Made by a program: the position numbers and the translations under genes. 30,612 nt of DNA, taken from a virus (Duplodnaviria; Caudoviricetes). The stretch is taken from the IMG/VR virus record IMGVR_UViG_3300032335_000508, positions 1-30,612 of that record; one strand, given 5' to 3'. Under the pieces are notes generated by a model. It made no database searches. It was given only the letters and a program-made list of their open reading frames with translations, and was not told where the DNA came from. Positions 7,367-14,835 of this stretch are shown in pieces. Every line of letters starts with the position of its first letter. Position 1 is the first letter of the stretch.

Positions 7367-7584
7367 ACCGACCGTATCTATCCAAGCGAGCGCGACAAGG
7401 CCTCGAATCTCTCCTATCGCGCTCGATCGCGACGACCGAGGAAGATCTTGTCGCGATGCAATGGATTCGCGGAATGCTCGATCGCGCTGCTATCATCGCC
7501 AGTCCGAAAGCGCAGGACGCGCCGTCTCCTCGGATGGGAGGGAGCAGCAATGCTCCCTCCCAAGGAGAGGAGGCAACGGTATGA
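7363..7584 (+). CDS. Hypothetical protein
   Basis: ATGA-coupled at both ends (MNRPYLSKRAR...). Confidence 0.6.
   Translation: MNRPYLSKRARQGLESLLSRSIATTEEDLVAMQWIRGMLDRAAIIASPKAQDAPSPRMGGSSNAPSQGEEATV
7535..7562 (+). promoter_or_regulatory. 12-bp hairpin with GCAA tetraloop directly before the RBS of the CsrA-like gene
   Basis: TGGGAGGGAGCA-GCAA-TGCTCCCTCCCA followed by AGGAGAGGAGG. Confidence 0.6.
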
Positions 7585-7784
7585 AACAACCGATCGACAA
7601 ACCGTCGCACTTTGGCCGCGTCATCCGGCAAGCCTACGAAGGCGACCGGATCTGGCTCATCGGCGAGAACGGAGACGATCTTGGATTCCTCGAAATGAAG
7701 CGCGTTCCCAAGGACGCGAAGATCACCGTCGCGTTGTGCTTCGATCGCACGATTCGCATCGAGCGCAGAGAGGAGGAGCGATGA
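7581..7784 (+). CDS. Divergent CsrA/RsmA-like small RNA-binding protein (67 aa)
   Basis: VIRQAYEGDRIWL...KITVALCFDRTIRIERRE aligns by eye to CsrA LILTRRVGETLMI...QVRIGVNAPKEVSVHREE, including G-[DE] and the R44 equivalent. R6/R7 are not conserved. Confidence 0.5.
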   Translation: MKQPIDKPSHFGRVIRQAYEGDRIWLIGENGDDLGFLEMKRVPKDAKITVALCFDRTIRIERREEER

Positions 7785-8137
7785 AGCACGATCCGATGAT
7801 GCAAGCGGGAAACGCTCCGCCGCCGGAAGGCTCTCTCTTTTCTCTCGGGATGCATCGAACCAACGATCGAGAGACATCCATCGAGGCCGCGAAGAAAGTC
7901 TCAACAAAAGCAGGAACTCAACGCATGATCGCGCTCAACGCCTTCCGCGCATATCCAGAAGGCTTGACAGATGAGGAACTTGCTTTTGTAACTGGCATAT
8001 ATCAGAACTCAATAGGCAAACGCCGAACAGAACTCGTCCAAGCAGGATGGCTTCAGGATGCTCACATTCGAAGGATGTCGACGAGAGGATGTCTCATGAT
8101 TGTTTGGCAACTCAAGAAAGAAGAGGAAGAAGAATGA
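7781..8137 (+). CDS. Winged-HTH DNA-binding protein
   Basis: HRTNDRETSIEAA...GLTDEEL...SIGKRRTELVQAG...IVW is a common phage wHTH pattern. Confidence 0.75.
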   Translation: MKHDPMMQAGNAPPPEGSLFSLGMHRTNDRETSIEAAKKVSTKAGTQRMIALNAFRAYPEGLTDEELAFVTGIYQNSIGKRRTELVQAGWLQDAHIRRMSTRGCLMIVWQLKKEEEEE

Positions 8138-8436
8138 CGGAATTCGAACGCATCGAGAAGCGGTTCAAGCAACTCAAAGACTTCTTGCTTGAACGGCAAG
8201 CGGAAGATCCAGACGCAGACCGACACGACGAAGGCGACGGATACAACATTGCGCGAGTCGATCTCCATGAGATCAAACTCGCGTTCTTTGCTCTGGCGCA
8301 GGAGCGAGATCGACTTCGCGCCGAACGCGACGATGCGCGGCAAAGGCTTTGCAAGGTTGTCGGAGACAATCGCGATATGTGGGGCGAAGATGTCGCAAAG
8401 GAATACGGTTGGGACTGCTTCAAGGAGATCAAATGA
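8134..8436 (+). CDS. Hypothetical protein, LRAERD...GWDCF family
   Basis: ATGA-coupled; C-terminus shared with the next gene. Confidence 0.7.
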   Translation: MTEFERIEKRFKQLKDFLLERQAEDPDADRHDEGDGYNIARVDLHEIKLAFFALAQERDRLRAERDDARQRLCKVVGDNRDMWGEDVAKEYGWDCFKEIK

Positions 8437-8678
8437 GCGACACCATTGACATCGTAGATCGTCTGCGAATCAACTGGACATCGCTCACCGACAAGCAGAA
8501 CGCGGAACGCGCAGAAGCCGCTGACGCGATTGAACGGCTCCGCGCGGAACGCGACGAGGTGCGGCGAGAAATCGTGTTGTTGCTGAATGGATGTTGTTCT
8601 TGGAGCAAACTGACGCAGGAGATCAAGAAGCAAGGTTGGGAATGTTTGAAGGAGGCGACCAGATGTTCCAATGGATGA
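8433..8678 (+). CDS. Hypothetical protein, DIVDRLR/AADAIERLRAERD...GWEC family
   Basis: RBS AAGGAG; C-terminus paralogous to 8134-8436. Confidence 0.7.
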   Translation: MSDTIDIVDRLRINWTSLTDKQNAERAEAADAIERLRAERDEVRREIVLLLNGCCSWSKLTQEIKKQGWECLKEATRCSNG

Positions 8679-8929
8679 AGAAAGTCTCTCTCATTCCTCC
8701 GTGCGTTCATCCTCCAGAACTTGCCGCGCCTCGAAGCGAAACGGCAGACGAGCCATTCGATGCAGGCTTCGAGGATCGCATGGCATCGAGGCCGATGAGT
8801 ACGCATCGCGGCATCTATCATCTTCCCTGCGGATGCAATCGATGCCGTGAATACCGAGCAGGCTACGATCTCGCAGACAAGAAGCGAATGAAGATGCTTC
8901 GCAAGCGAAAGAAGGAGGCGAGCGCGTGA
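8663..8929 (+). CDS. Hypothetical protein with CxCxxC motif
   Basis: RBS AAGGAGG before ATG 8663; PCGCNRC..Y..GY. Confidence 0.6.
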   Translation: MFQWMKKVSLIPPCVHPPELAAPRSETADEPFDAGFEDRMASRPMSTHRGIYHLPCGCNRCREYRAGYDLADKKRMKMLRKRKKEASA

Positions 8930-9087
8930 CCGTCGTCAAACCGAAACCGTCGCATCCTTGGAACTCTCATATCTCGATCGAGACTCGCATCGCGCGAATC
9001 CGAGGAGAGATCGCGAAACTGCGCGAGGAGATCAAATCGAAGACAGCGGAGATCCGCGAACTTCAGGCACGGAGGATGCAGAAGTGA
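8926..9087 (+). CDS. Small coiled-coil protein (53 aa; absent from the ORF track)
   Basis: GTG after AAGGAGG; VTVVKPKPSHPWNSHISIETRIARIRGEIAKLREEIK...; GTGA overlaps at both ends. Confidence 0.6.
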   Translation: MTVVKPKPSHPWNSHISIETRIARIRGEIAKLREEIKSKTAEIRELQARRMQK

Positions 9088-9377
9088 CGCACGATGAATA
9101 CATCGAGCAACTCGAAGCGATCAGCGAAGCCGGACTGCCTGCGACTCAAACGATGGAATGCCAAATCGCTTTTTCCTTCATTGAATATCTACAAAGATTC
9201 GAGAACTACGAAACGAGAACCGCGCAAGGATTGATTCTCGACATATTGAAGAAAAACAATGTCCGAATCGTTCGCGATATTCCTATTCAGGAAGGGCATC
9301 CTTTGATTTGGAGCAATGCGATGTTCGAGGAGATCAAACGTCGTCAACTGCTTGCAGAATCGAGGCAGGCACAATGA
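9084..9377 (+). CDS. Hypothetical protein
   Basis: GTG 9084 after GGAGG, within ORF 8958-9377. Confidence 0.65.
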   Translation: MTHDEYIEQLEAISEAGLPATQTMECQIAFSFIEYLQRFENYETRTAQGLILDILKKNNVRIVRDIPIQEGHPLIWSNAMFEEIKRRQLLAESRQAQ

Positions 9378-9637
9378 GGACGCAAGCCACACTCTCCAGA
9401 GGACGAAACAGCGATGGCATGGAAAGCAAAGAAGACATCGAAGGCCTCATCCTCCAACTTGCCGAACTCCGGCGGCGGAACTTCACGCTTGTCCGCGAAG
9501 CGAATGTCCTCCGGCGCGAGGTTCACGCTTGGCGCAAATGGCGCGAGAACAACGACGCGAGCCTCTGGACGCACGTCGTCCGCGCTCGACGCGCCACAGA
9601 CGCGGCAGGCGCGTTCCGATGCGTCGATGACTCCTGA
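9374..9637 (+). CDS. Hypothetical protein
   Basis: ATGA-coupled; coiled-coil-like. Confidence 0.55.
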   Translation: MRTQATLSRGRNSDGMESKEDIEGLILQLAELRRRNFTLVREANVLRREVHAWRKWRENNDASLWTHVVRARRATDAAGAFRCVDDS

Positions 9638-9992
9638 CGGGATGTTGATTCGAATCGTGCTCCCGCTTCCGGCAAAGCAACTCTCGCCGAACGCTCGCGT
9701 TTGTTGGCAAGCCAAGGCGCGAGCCGTCAAGCAGTACCGCTCTATTTCCTTCTTCGTCTCTCAGCGATTCCCGAGCCGATGGAAGGCCGCCGAGGTCGAG
9801 TCGACGTTCTTCTTCCGCGATCGGCGACGGCGTGATCGAGACAACCTCCTTGCCTCGCTCAAGGCCGCATTCGATGGAATCGCCTCGGCAGGAATCGTCG
9901 ACGACGACGCGAATCTGACGCATCTCCCTGTACGGCTCGAAGTCGACCGAGACGCGCCTCGCGTCGAGATCTCGATCAGGAGGACGGAATGA
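9627..9992 (+). CDS. rusA: RusA-family Holliday junction resolvase
   Basis: LPLP..LSPN, RRRRDRDNL...K...DG...AG..DDD and PRVEI motifs. Confidence 0.8.
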   Translation: MTPDGMLIRIVLPLPAKQLSPNARVCWQAKARAVKQYRSISFFVSQRFPSRWKAAEVESTFFFRDRRRRDRDNLLASLKAAFDGIASAGIVDDDANLTHLPVRLEVDRDAPRVEISIRRTE

Positions 9993-10126
9993 ACGACGGA
10001 CTCGATGAAATGCACAGCGACCGCGACAACTTCTTCCCGAATCTGAAGGAAGCGATCGCGGCCTTTACCCTCTGGCTGATCGTGATGATGCTGCTATCGT
10101 TCTCCCTCGCAGGATGCCTTTCGTAA
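9989..10126 (+). CDS. Small membrane peptide (45 aa) ending LAGCLS
   Basis: RBS AGGAGG, ATGA overlap, hydrophobic stretch; lies before the terminator. Confidence 0.55.
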   Translation: MNDGLDEMHSDRDNFFPNLKEAIAAFTLWLIVMMLLSFSLAGCLS

Positions 10127-10167
10127 ACAACTCCCGCGTCGATGCGCCTCTGGTCGACGTGTCCTCC

Positions 10168-10203
10168 GACTCGCCGTTCGCGCTGAACGGCGAGTCTCTT
10201 TTT
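10168..10203 (+). terminator. Intrinsic terminator ending the early operon
   Basis: GACTCGCCGTTC-gcgct-GAACGGCGAGTC followed by TCTTTTT. Confidence 0.8.
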
Positions 10204-10262
10204 GATCGTGCAACAAAAGGAGCGGACGCGAGTCGAAACGCGCCGATGCCGATCTTCGAAGC

Positions 10263-10535
10263 ATGGCGGAAGGCACACAGAAGAACGTCCTCTCGACGGC
10301 GATCGGCATCGGCCAGATCGCGACGATGATCGTCGGTTTCTCCGCACTCGTATTCACGTTTGGCGCGAAATCCAAGGAACTCGAAGTCGCACGAACCGAC
10401 ATCGACAAACTCGCCGCGACGGTGAATGATCTCGCGAGAGCGCAGGCTTCGGCGGCAGTCAACGACGCGAGCCATTCCAGAACACTCGAAGACATCCAAA
10501 GGCGACTAGAATCGCTCGAAAGGCGGATCAAATGA
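10263..10535 (+). CDS. TM plus coiled-coil protein, lysis-associated
   Basis: One N-terminal TM helix and a C-terminal coiled coil; first gene of the holin/spanin block. Confidence 0.6.
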   Translation: MAEGTQKNVLSTAIGIGQIATMIVGFSALVFTFGAKSKELEVARTDIDKLAATVNDLARAQASAAVNDASHSRTLEDIQRRLESLERRIK

Positions 10536-10735
10536 GCAAGGCATCTTGGCGCACAACGACGACGGGCATCCTCGCGATCGTGGTCGCGATCGCAGGCGCG
10601 GCGAAGGCTGAATTCGACGGCGATCCAGTTACGGTCGCAGACTGGGGCGCGGTCGCCGCCGCGATCATGGCAGGCATCGGCCTGATCCTCGCGCGGGACG
10701 CGAAGGTATCGAGTCAGCAGGAAGGCATCCGATGA
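10532..10735 (+). CDS. Putative holin (2 TM)
   Basis: SWRTT..GIL, FDGDP.T..DW and GLI.ARD..VSS pattern; 67 aa. Confidence 0.65.
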   Translation: MSKASWRTTTTGILAIVVAIAGAAKAEFDGDPVTVADWGAVAAAIMAGIGLILARDAKVSSQQEGIR

Positions 10736-10941
10736 TCGACCTTGAGCAGACGCTCGCCGTCGCGCTCGAATACCGAGAGAGGCTCGCTCGCGCGACTGAC
10801 TCGCCGTCGCGACTCCGCGTTCTCTCCGACGCTCCTCTCTTCTCTCTGTGGCACGAAGTGCGAAACGAACTCAAGACGGCGGCGGACGAGATTGAATTGC
10901 TTCGCGCTCGCATCCGCGCTCTGGAAGGCGAAGATGCTTGA
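10732..10941 (+). CDS. Hypothetical protein
   Basis: ATGA-coupled; AADEIELLRAR motif similar to 8433-8678. Confidence 0.6.
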   Translation: MIDLEQTLAVALEYRERLARATDSPSRLRVLSDAPLFSLWHEVRNELKTAADEIELLRARIRALEGEDA

Positions 10942-11101
10942 ATTCATCACGTCACTCATCGTCGCGATCCTCGTTTGGATCGAGAAGCGATTCGAGAAAG
11001 GAAGCACGGCAACCGATGGCAAAGAAGATCCTGATGCTCTCCGTCGCGCCGGTTCTCGCATTCGCGAGCGGATGCGGACCGAGGACGATTCTCGTTCCTG
11101 A
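10934..11101 (+). CDS. Putative i-spanin-like membrane protein
   Basis: N-terminal TM MLEFITSLIVAILVWI; 3' end overlapped by a lipoprotein ORF. Confidence 0.5.
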   Translation: MLEFITSLIVAILVWIEKRFEKGSTATDGKEDPDALRRAGSRIRERMRTEDDSRS

Positions 11102-11240
11102 ATCGTCACCAGTCCGAATCGGGCCTAACGTGAAAGGCCGCGTCTACGTTCGCGAAGGCAACGAATGGACGCTCTCTGCGAACGATGTCGCAATTCCTGA
11201 AGGCTTCTATCTTGTGCCTCCCTCTTATGTCGACGAATAA
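11016..11240 (+). CDS. Lipoprotein, putative o-spanin
   Basis: MAKK plus hydrophobic stretch plus lipobox ASGC; Pro-rich; overlaps the upstream TM gene in another frame, as Rz/Rz1 do. Confidence 0.6.
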   Translation: MAKKILMLSVAPVLAFASGCGPRTILVPESSPVRIGPNVKGRVYVREGNEWTLSANDVAIPEGFYLVPPSYVDE

Positions 11241-11475
11241 GGCGAAGAGCCGAATTCAACTTCCGAGTGACGGATCGCGAGAAACGATCTGGCTCACGAC
11301 GGGCCAAGTCGCGGCGCGTCTCGGTGTAGCCTCGAAGACGATCGCGAAATGGATCGACAGCGGACGAATGCTCGGCGTAAAGATTCCAGATTCGAAAGAT
11401 CGGCGAGTGAGCCTCGATGCGCTTCTTGCATTCGAGCGAGACAACGGATTCGATAGAGCGCGAGGAAAGCCATGA
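11227..11475 (+). CDS. MerR/excisionase-type HTH (HTH_17) DNA-binding protein
   Basis: LTTGQVAARLGVASKTIAKWIDSGRMLGVKIPDSKDRRV. Confidence 0.8.
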   Translation: MSTNKAKSRIQLPSDGSRETIWLTTGQVAARLGVASKTIAKWIDSGRMLGVKIPDSKDRRVSLDALLAFERDNGFDRARGKP

Positions 11476-11684
11476 AAAAGACGATACCTGAAGTCTTCGA
11501 TATTCCGCTTGGTAATGGCCTTCGTGTCGACTCTGATTTCCGTCTTGAAGCCTTCGGAGATACGCTCGACTTTGGAGCATTCAATCTGCTCGACTTCGCA
11601 ACATTCGCGTTCCCGATGAATGATCTCGATGAATTGACTTTCGCTTCGCCTTCTTCCACGACCAACGATTTAGGAGCCTTCTGA
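11472..11684 (+). CDS. Small acidic protein with D-x-x-x-F repeats
   Basis: DFGAF, DFATF, DELTF, DLGAF; TGATG-coupled to the fibre gene. Confidence 0.6.
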   Translation: MKKTIPEVFDIPLGNGLRVDSDFRLEAFGDTLDFGAFNLLDFATFAFPMNDLDELTFASPSSTTNDLGAF

Positions 11685-12607
11685 TGCCACTCAAGTTCCG
11701 ACGAGGTGTTGCCGCAGATCGAACGACGATCACTCCCGCGCAAGGCGAGCCGATCTACACGACCGACACGAAGAAGATGTACATCGGAGACGGCTCAACC
11801 GCAGGCGGCGTTGAAGTTGGCGGCGGCGGAACGCTCACCGTCAACACGCAGGATTTCACCAGCAGCGGCACGTGGACCAAGCCAGCGAACGCCTTGTGGG
11901 TCGAAGTCACGATGTGCGGTGGCGGCGAAGGGGGACAGGCTGGAAACACATTCAATCCCGGATCAGGAGGAAGTGGTGGACGCTTTGCAAGCAAGACATT
12001 TCTTGCTTCTGATCTTGCATCCACGGTTTCTGTAACTTGTGGAAATGCACTCACATTCAATACATACAACAGCAACGGAACAAGTTCTTTCGGAACTCAT
12101 CTGTATGCATTGCCGCCATCGACTTCTCACTCTGGAAATACATTAGAAGCCTCTGCGATTATGTATGAGATCGCAAACAACTTAGGTGGTACTGACGTCT
12201 ACGATTTTTTCTCAAGTAAAGGCGTAAACGGTGCGACTCTTGAAGAGGGAGCGGTTGGACCTCCAATGGGGCCGGGTGGTGGTGGCCTAGGTCATTACGC
12301 AGGCGGGAAAGCATCAAGTGGTGAAGGTGGATCTACTGGTGAAAGAGCCAAGCGCGGCGGCGGTGGAACTGCTGGGACCACGGCAGCAACAGGCGGTGCT
12401 GGTGGTGCTGGCGGCTACGACACCGTGACGGGCTTCGGCAACGGCGGCGGCGGCGGTGGCGAAGGAACTTCTGGCGCAGGCGGCGCAGGCGGCGCGGCAG
12501 TTCGCGGCGGCGGCGGCGGTGGCGGTGGCAAGGGAACAACAACTGGCGGAGCCGCTGGCGCAGGCGGCGCAGGATTCGTCCGCGTCCGAACTCTTTGCTT
12601 CGGCTGA
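11684..12607 (+). CDS. Fibre protein: Mtd-N/hyaluronidase-like N-terminus plus glycine-rich domain
   Basis: LKFRRG...GEPIYTTDTKKMYIGDG; FTSSGTWTKP...V.V...GGG.GG; C-terminal GAGGAGFVRV. Confidence 0.75.
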   Translation: MPLKFRRGVAADRTTITPAQGEPIYTTDTKKMYIGDGSTAGGVEVGGGGTLTVNTQDFTSSGTWTKPANALWVEVTMCGGGEGGQAGNTFNPGSGGSGGRFASKTFLASDLASTVSVTCGNALTFNTYNSNGTSSFGTHLYALPPSTSHSGNTLEASAIMYEIANNLGGTDVYDFFSSKGVNGATLEEGAVGPPMGPGGGGLGHYAGGKASSGEGGSTGERAKRGGGGTAGTTAATGGAGGAGGYDTVTGFGNGGGGGGEGTSGAGGAGGAAVRGGGGGGGGKGTTTGGAAGAGGAGFVRVRTLCFG

Positions 12608-12636
12608 TCGACTACGCTTCTCGCATAGGAGACAAC

Positions 12637-13332
12637 ATGGAGCAGAAAGAAGAAGAAAGAACGGTTCTGCGGAACTTCTCGCAGGCAGGACAGGATCTAT
12701 TCGTTGCGCTCGTGCTCGATGGAGAACAGGGAGGCAAGCAAGGAAGGCTCTTCGTCGACCTCGGCGCAGGACATCCGCAGAACTACTCGAACACGTTTGC
12801 GCTTGAGAAGTACGCCGGATGGCGCGGCATCCTTGCCGACATCGAGACGCTCGATCAGTTGAAGGCCGAGCGAGATCCTCGGAATCTCTTCTACGGAAAC
12901 GCGCTCGATCCGAAACTGATGGCCGACATCCTCACGCTCGCGGATGCGAACGAAGGGACGCTCGACTATCTCTCGCTTGATCTGGAGCCGCCAGAGTCGA
13001 CGCTCGCCGCGCTCTACGGCCTTCCGCTCGATGAGATGACGTTCGCCGTCGCGACCGTCGAGCATGACCTCTATCGCGGAAAGCAATCGATCAAGTTCGC
13101 GATCGAAGGCATCTTGCAAGGCTACGGATATCGCCGCGTCGCGGAGAACGTGCGGATGATCGCGAAGAACGAGAGCGGATATCTCCTCGTTCCGGTCGAG
13201 GACTGGTGGGTTCATCCTTCACTCGTCGACGTGCATCGCGCGAGCGAAATCGCGGCAGACGTGCGCCGCGAGCAGGAGATCCGCCTGCTTGAGATCATCG
13301 AGCGATTGAATGCGGAGGAAGCGAATGGGTAG
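12637..13332 (+). CDS. FkbM-like SAM-dependent methyltransferase
   Basis: SQAGQDLFV, FVDLGA.HP...SNTF.LE...W.GI, DYLSLDLE and EDWWVHP motifs; RBS AGGAGA. Confidence 0.8.
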   Translation: MEQKEEERTVLRNFSQAGQDLFVALVLDGEQGGKQGRLFVDLGAGHPQNYSNTFALEKYAGWRGILADIETLDQLKAERDPRNLFYGNALDPKLMADILTLADANEGTLDYLSLDLEPPESTLAALYGLPLDEMTFAVATVEHDLYRGKQSIKFAIEGILQGYGYRRVAENVRMIAKNESGYLLVPVEDWWVHPSLVDVHRASEIAADVRREQEIRLLEIIERLNAEEANG

Positions 13333-13660
13333 GCCTCGCGCACAAATCGACTTCAAACTTGTTCAATCTCTCGCCTCGATCGGATGCACTCATGCCGAGA
13401 TCGCGACGATCTGCGGAGTTGCAGAGCCGACGATTCGTCGTCGATGCCGAACCGAGATCAACAAGGGATACGATGAGATGAGGATGAGCCTTCGCCGTTG
13501 GCAATACGAGAAGGCAAAGGAAGGCAACGTCGCGATGCTGATTTGGCTTGGCAAGCAGCATCTTGGACAGCGCGAGAAGATCGACGAGACAAGGCGCGAA
13601 GAGGTCGTCACGATCGAGCCGTTCGAGGCTCCGAAGCCTCGGCTCGCGGATAGCGCGTGA
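13325..13660 (+). CDS. terS: Terminase small subunit
   Basis: GRPR..ID, GCT..EIA HTH, SLRR.Q...A..GN..MLIWLGKQ.LGQ; directly upstream of TerL. Confidence 0.8.
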   Translation: MGRPRAQIDFKLVQSLASIGCTHAEIATICGVAEPTIRRRCRTEINKGYDEMRMSLRRWQYEKAKEGNVAMLIWLGKQHLGQREKIDETRREEVVTIEPFEAPKPRLADSA

Positions 13661-14835
13661 AAATCCGACTTCCAACTCCAGAGTCGGTTCTCCATGCTTC
13701 GCAACTCGATGTCTTCCGTCGACTGCGGCGATTCAACGTGCTTGAGATCGGCCGTCGTTGGGGAAAGACAAAATTCGAAGAGTTCGTCATTCTCAACGAC
13801 GCGATCAGAGGCAGGCGGACGGCATGGTTCGCGCCTTCGTACAAGTACCTTGCCGAGCCAGTCCGCGATCTTGAACGCGCTCTCCTGCCGCTCATCTCGA
13901 AGCATGATCGCGTCGAGAAGCGCATCGAACTTTCAACCGGCGGGACGATCGACTTCTGGACGCTCGAAGACGCTGACGCAGGCCGAGGACGTTTCTACGA
14001 TCGAGTTGCAATCGACGAGGCAGGCTTCGTCGTCGGCCTTCTCGACATCTGGCGAGCAGCGATTCGACCGACTCTCGCCGATCGAAAGGGAAGCGCGATC
14101 TTCGCCGGAACTCCGAAAGGAACTGGAGACTTCCATCGTCTCTTCCTCGAAGCGGAAGGCGACACGACAGGAACTTGGGCCGCGTTTCGCATCGGCTCGA
14201 TGTCGAATCCGTTTCTTGATCCTGCGGAAGTAGAAGCGATGCGAGCGAGTCTGCCGAAGGCAATCGCAGATCAGGAACTCGAAGGGATTCCCGCAGAGGA
14301 CGGAGGAAATCCATTCGGCCTCGATGCGATTCGCGCTTGCATCGCGCCGATGTCGACGGCAACGCCAGAGGCTTGGGGAGTCGACCTCGCGAAGTCGCAG
14401 GACTGGACGGTCGCTGTCGGCCTTGATGCCGAGGGCCGCGTCTGTCGGCTCGAACGATGGCAGGCTCCGTGGAACGTCACGCGCGAGCGACTCGCGAAGA
14501 TGATTCAGAACGCTCCGGCGCAGATCGACTCGACTGGTGTCGGAGATCCGATCGTCGAAGATCTTCGCAAGGTTTGTCGAAGAACCGAAGGCTTCAAATT
14601 CACAAGCCAGAGCAAGCAGCAACTGATGGAAGGTCTTCAGATCGCGATCTCGACTGCGGATATTCGCTTTCCCGATGGTTGGCTACGGAGTGAACTTGAA
14701 TCGTTCGGCTTCCGATACTCAGGGAGAAACGTCTCATACGAGGCAACGGTCGGTCACGACGACGGAGTTTGCGCTCTCGCGCTTGCCGTTCTTGCGCGTC
14801 GAGCGCGAAGGCCTCTCATGGTGAAAGTCATCTGA
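13657..14835 (+). CDS. terL: Terminase large subunit
   Basis: Walker A GRRWGKT, Walker B VAIDEAG, GTPKG, and nuclease motifs GVDLAK..D, IDSTGVGD, HDD. Confidence 0.95.
   Translation: MKIRLPTPESVLHASQLDVFRRLRRFNVLEIGRRWGKTKFEEFVILNDAIRGRRTAWFAPSYKYLAEPVRDLERALLPLISKHDRVEKRIELSTGGTIDFWTLEDADAGRGRFYDRVAIDEAGFVVGLLDIWRAAIRPTLADRKGSAIFAGTPKGTGDFHRLFLEAEGDTTGTWAAFRIGSMSNPFLDPAEVEAMRASLPKAIADQELEGIPAEDGGNPFGLDAIRACIAPMSTATPEAWGVDLAKSQDWTVAVGLDAEGRVCRLERWQAPWNVTRERLAKMIQNAPAQIDSTGVGDPIVEDLRKVCRRTEGFKFTSQSKQQLMEGLQIAISTADIRFPDGWLRSELESFGFRYSGRNVSYEATVGHDDGVCALALAVLARRARRPLMVKVI

Noticed and set aside
2582-10255. CCGAT(A) sigma28-like -10 motifs at 2582, 4854 and 10243-10253
   Set aside because: No correctly spaced TAAA/TCAAG -35 element, and CCGAT is very frequent throughout this genome.
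12340-12575. GGC-rich tandem repeats
   Set aside because: Explained by poly-Gly coding in the fibre protein.
11684-12607. Diversity-generating retroelement suggested by the Mtd-like N-terminus
   Set aside because: No reverse transcriptase and no TR/VR repeat pair seen; the C-terminus is Gly-rich, not C-type-lectin-like.
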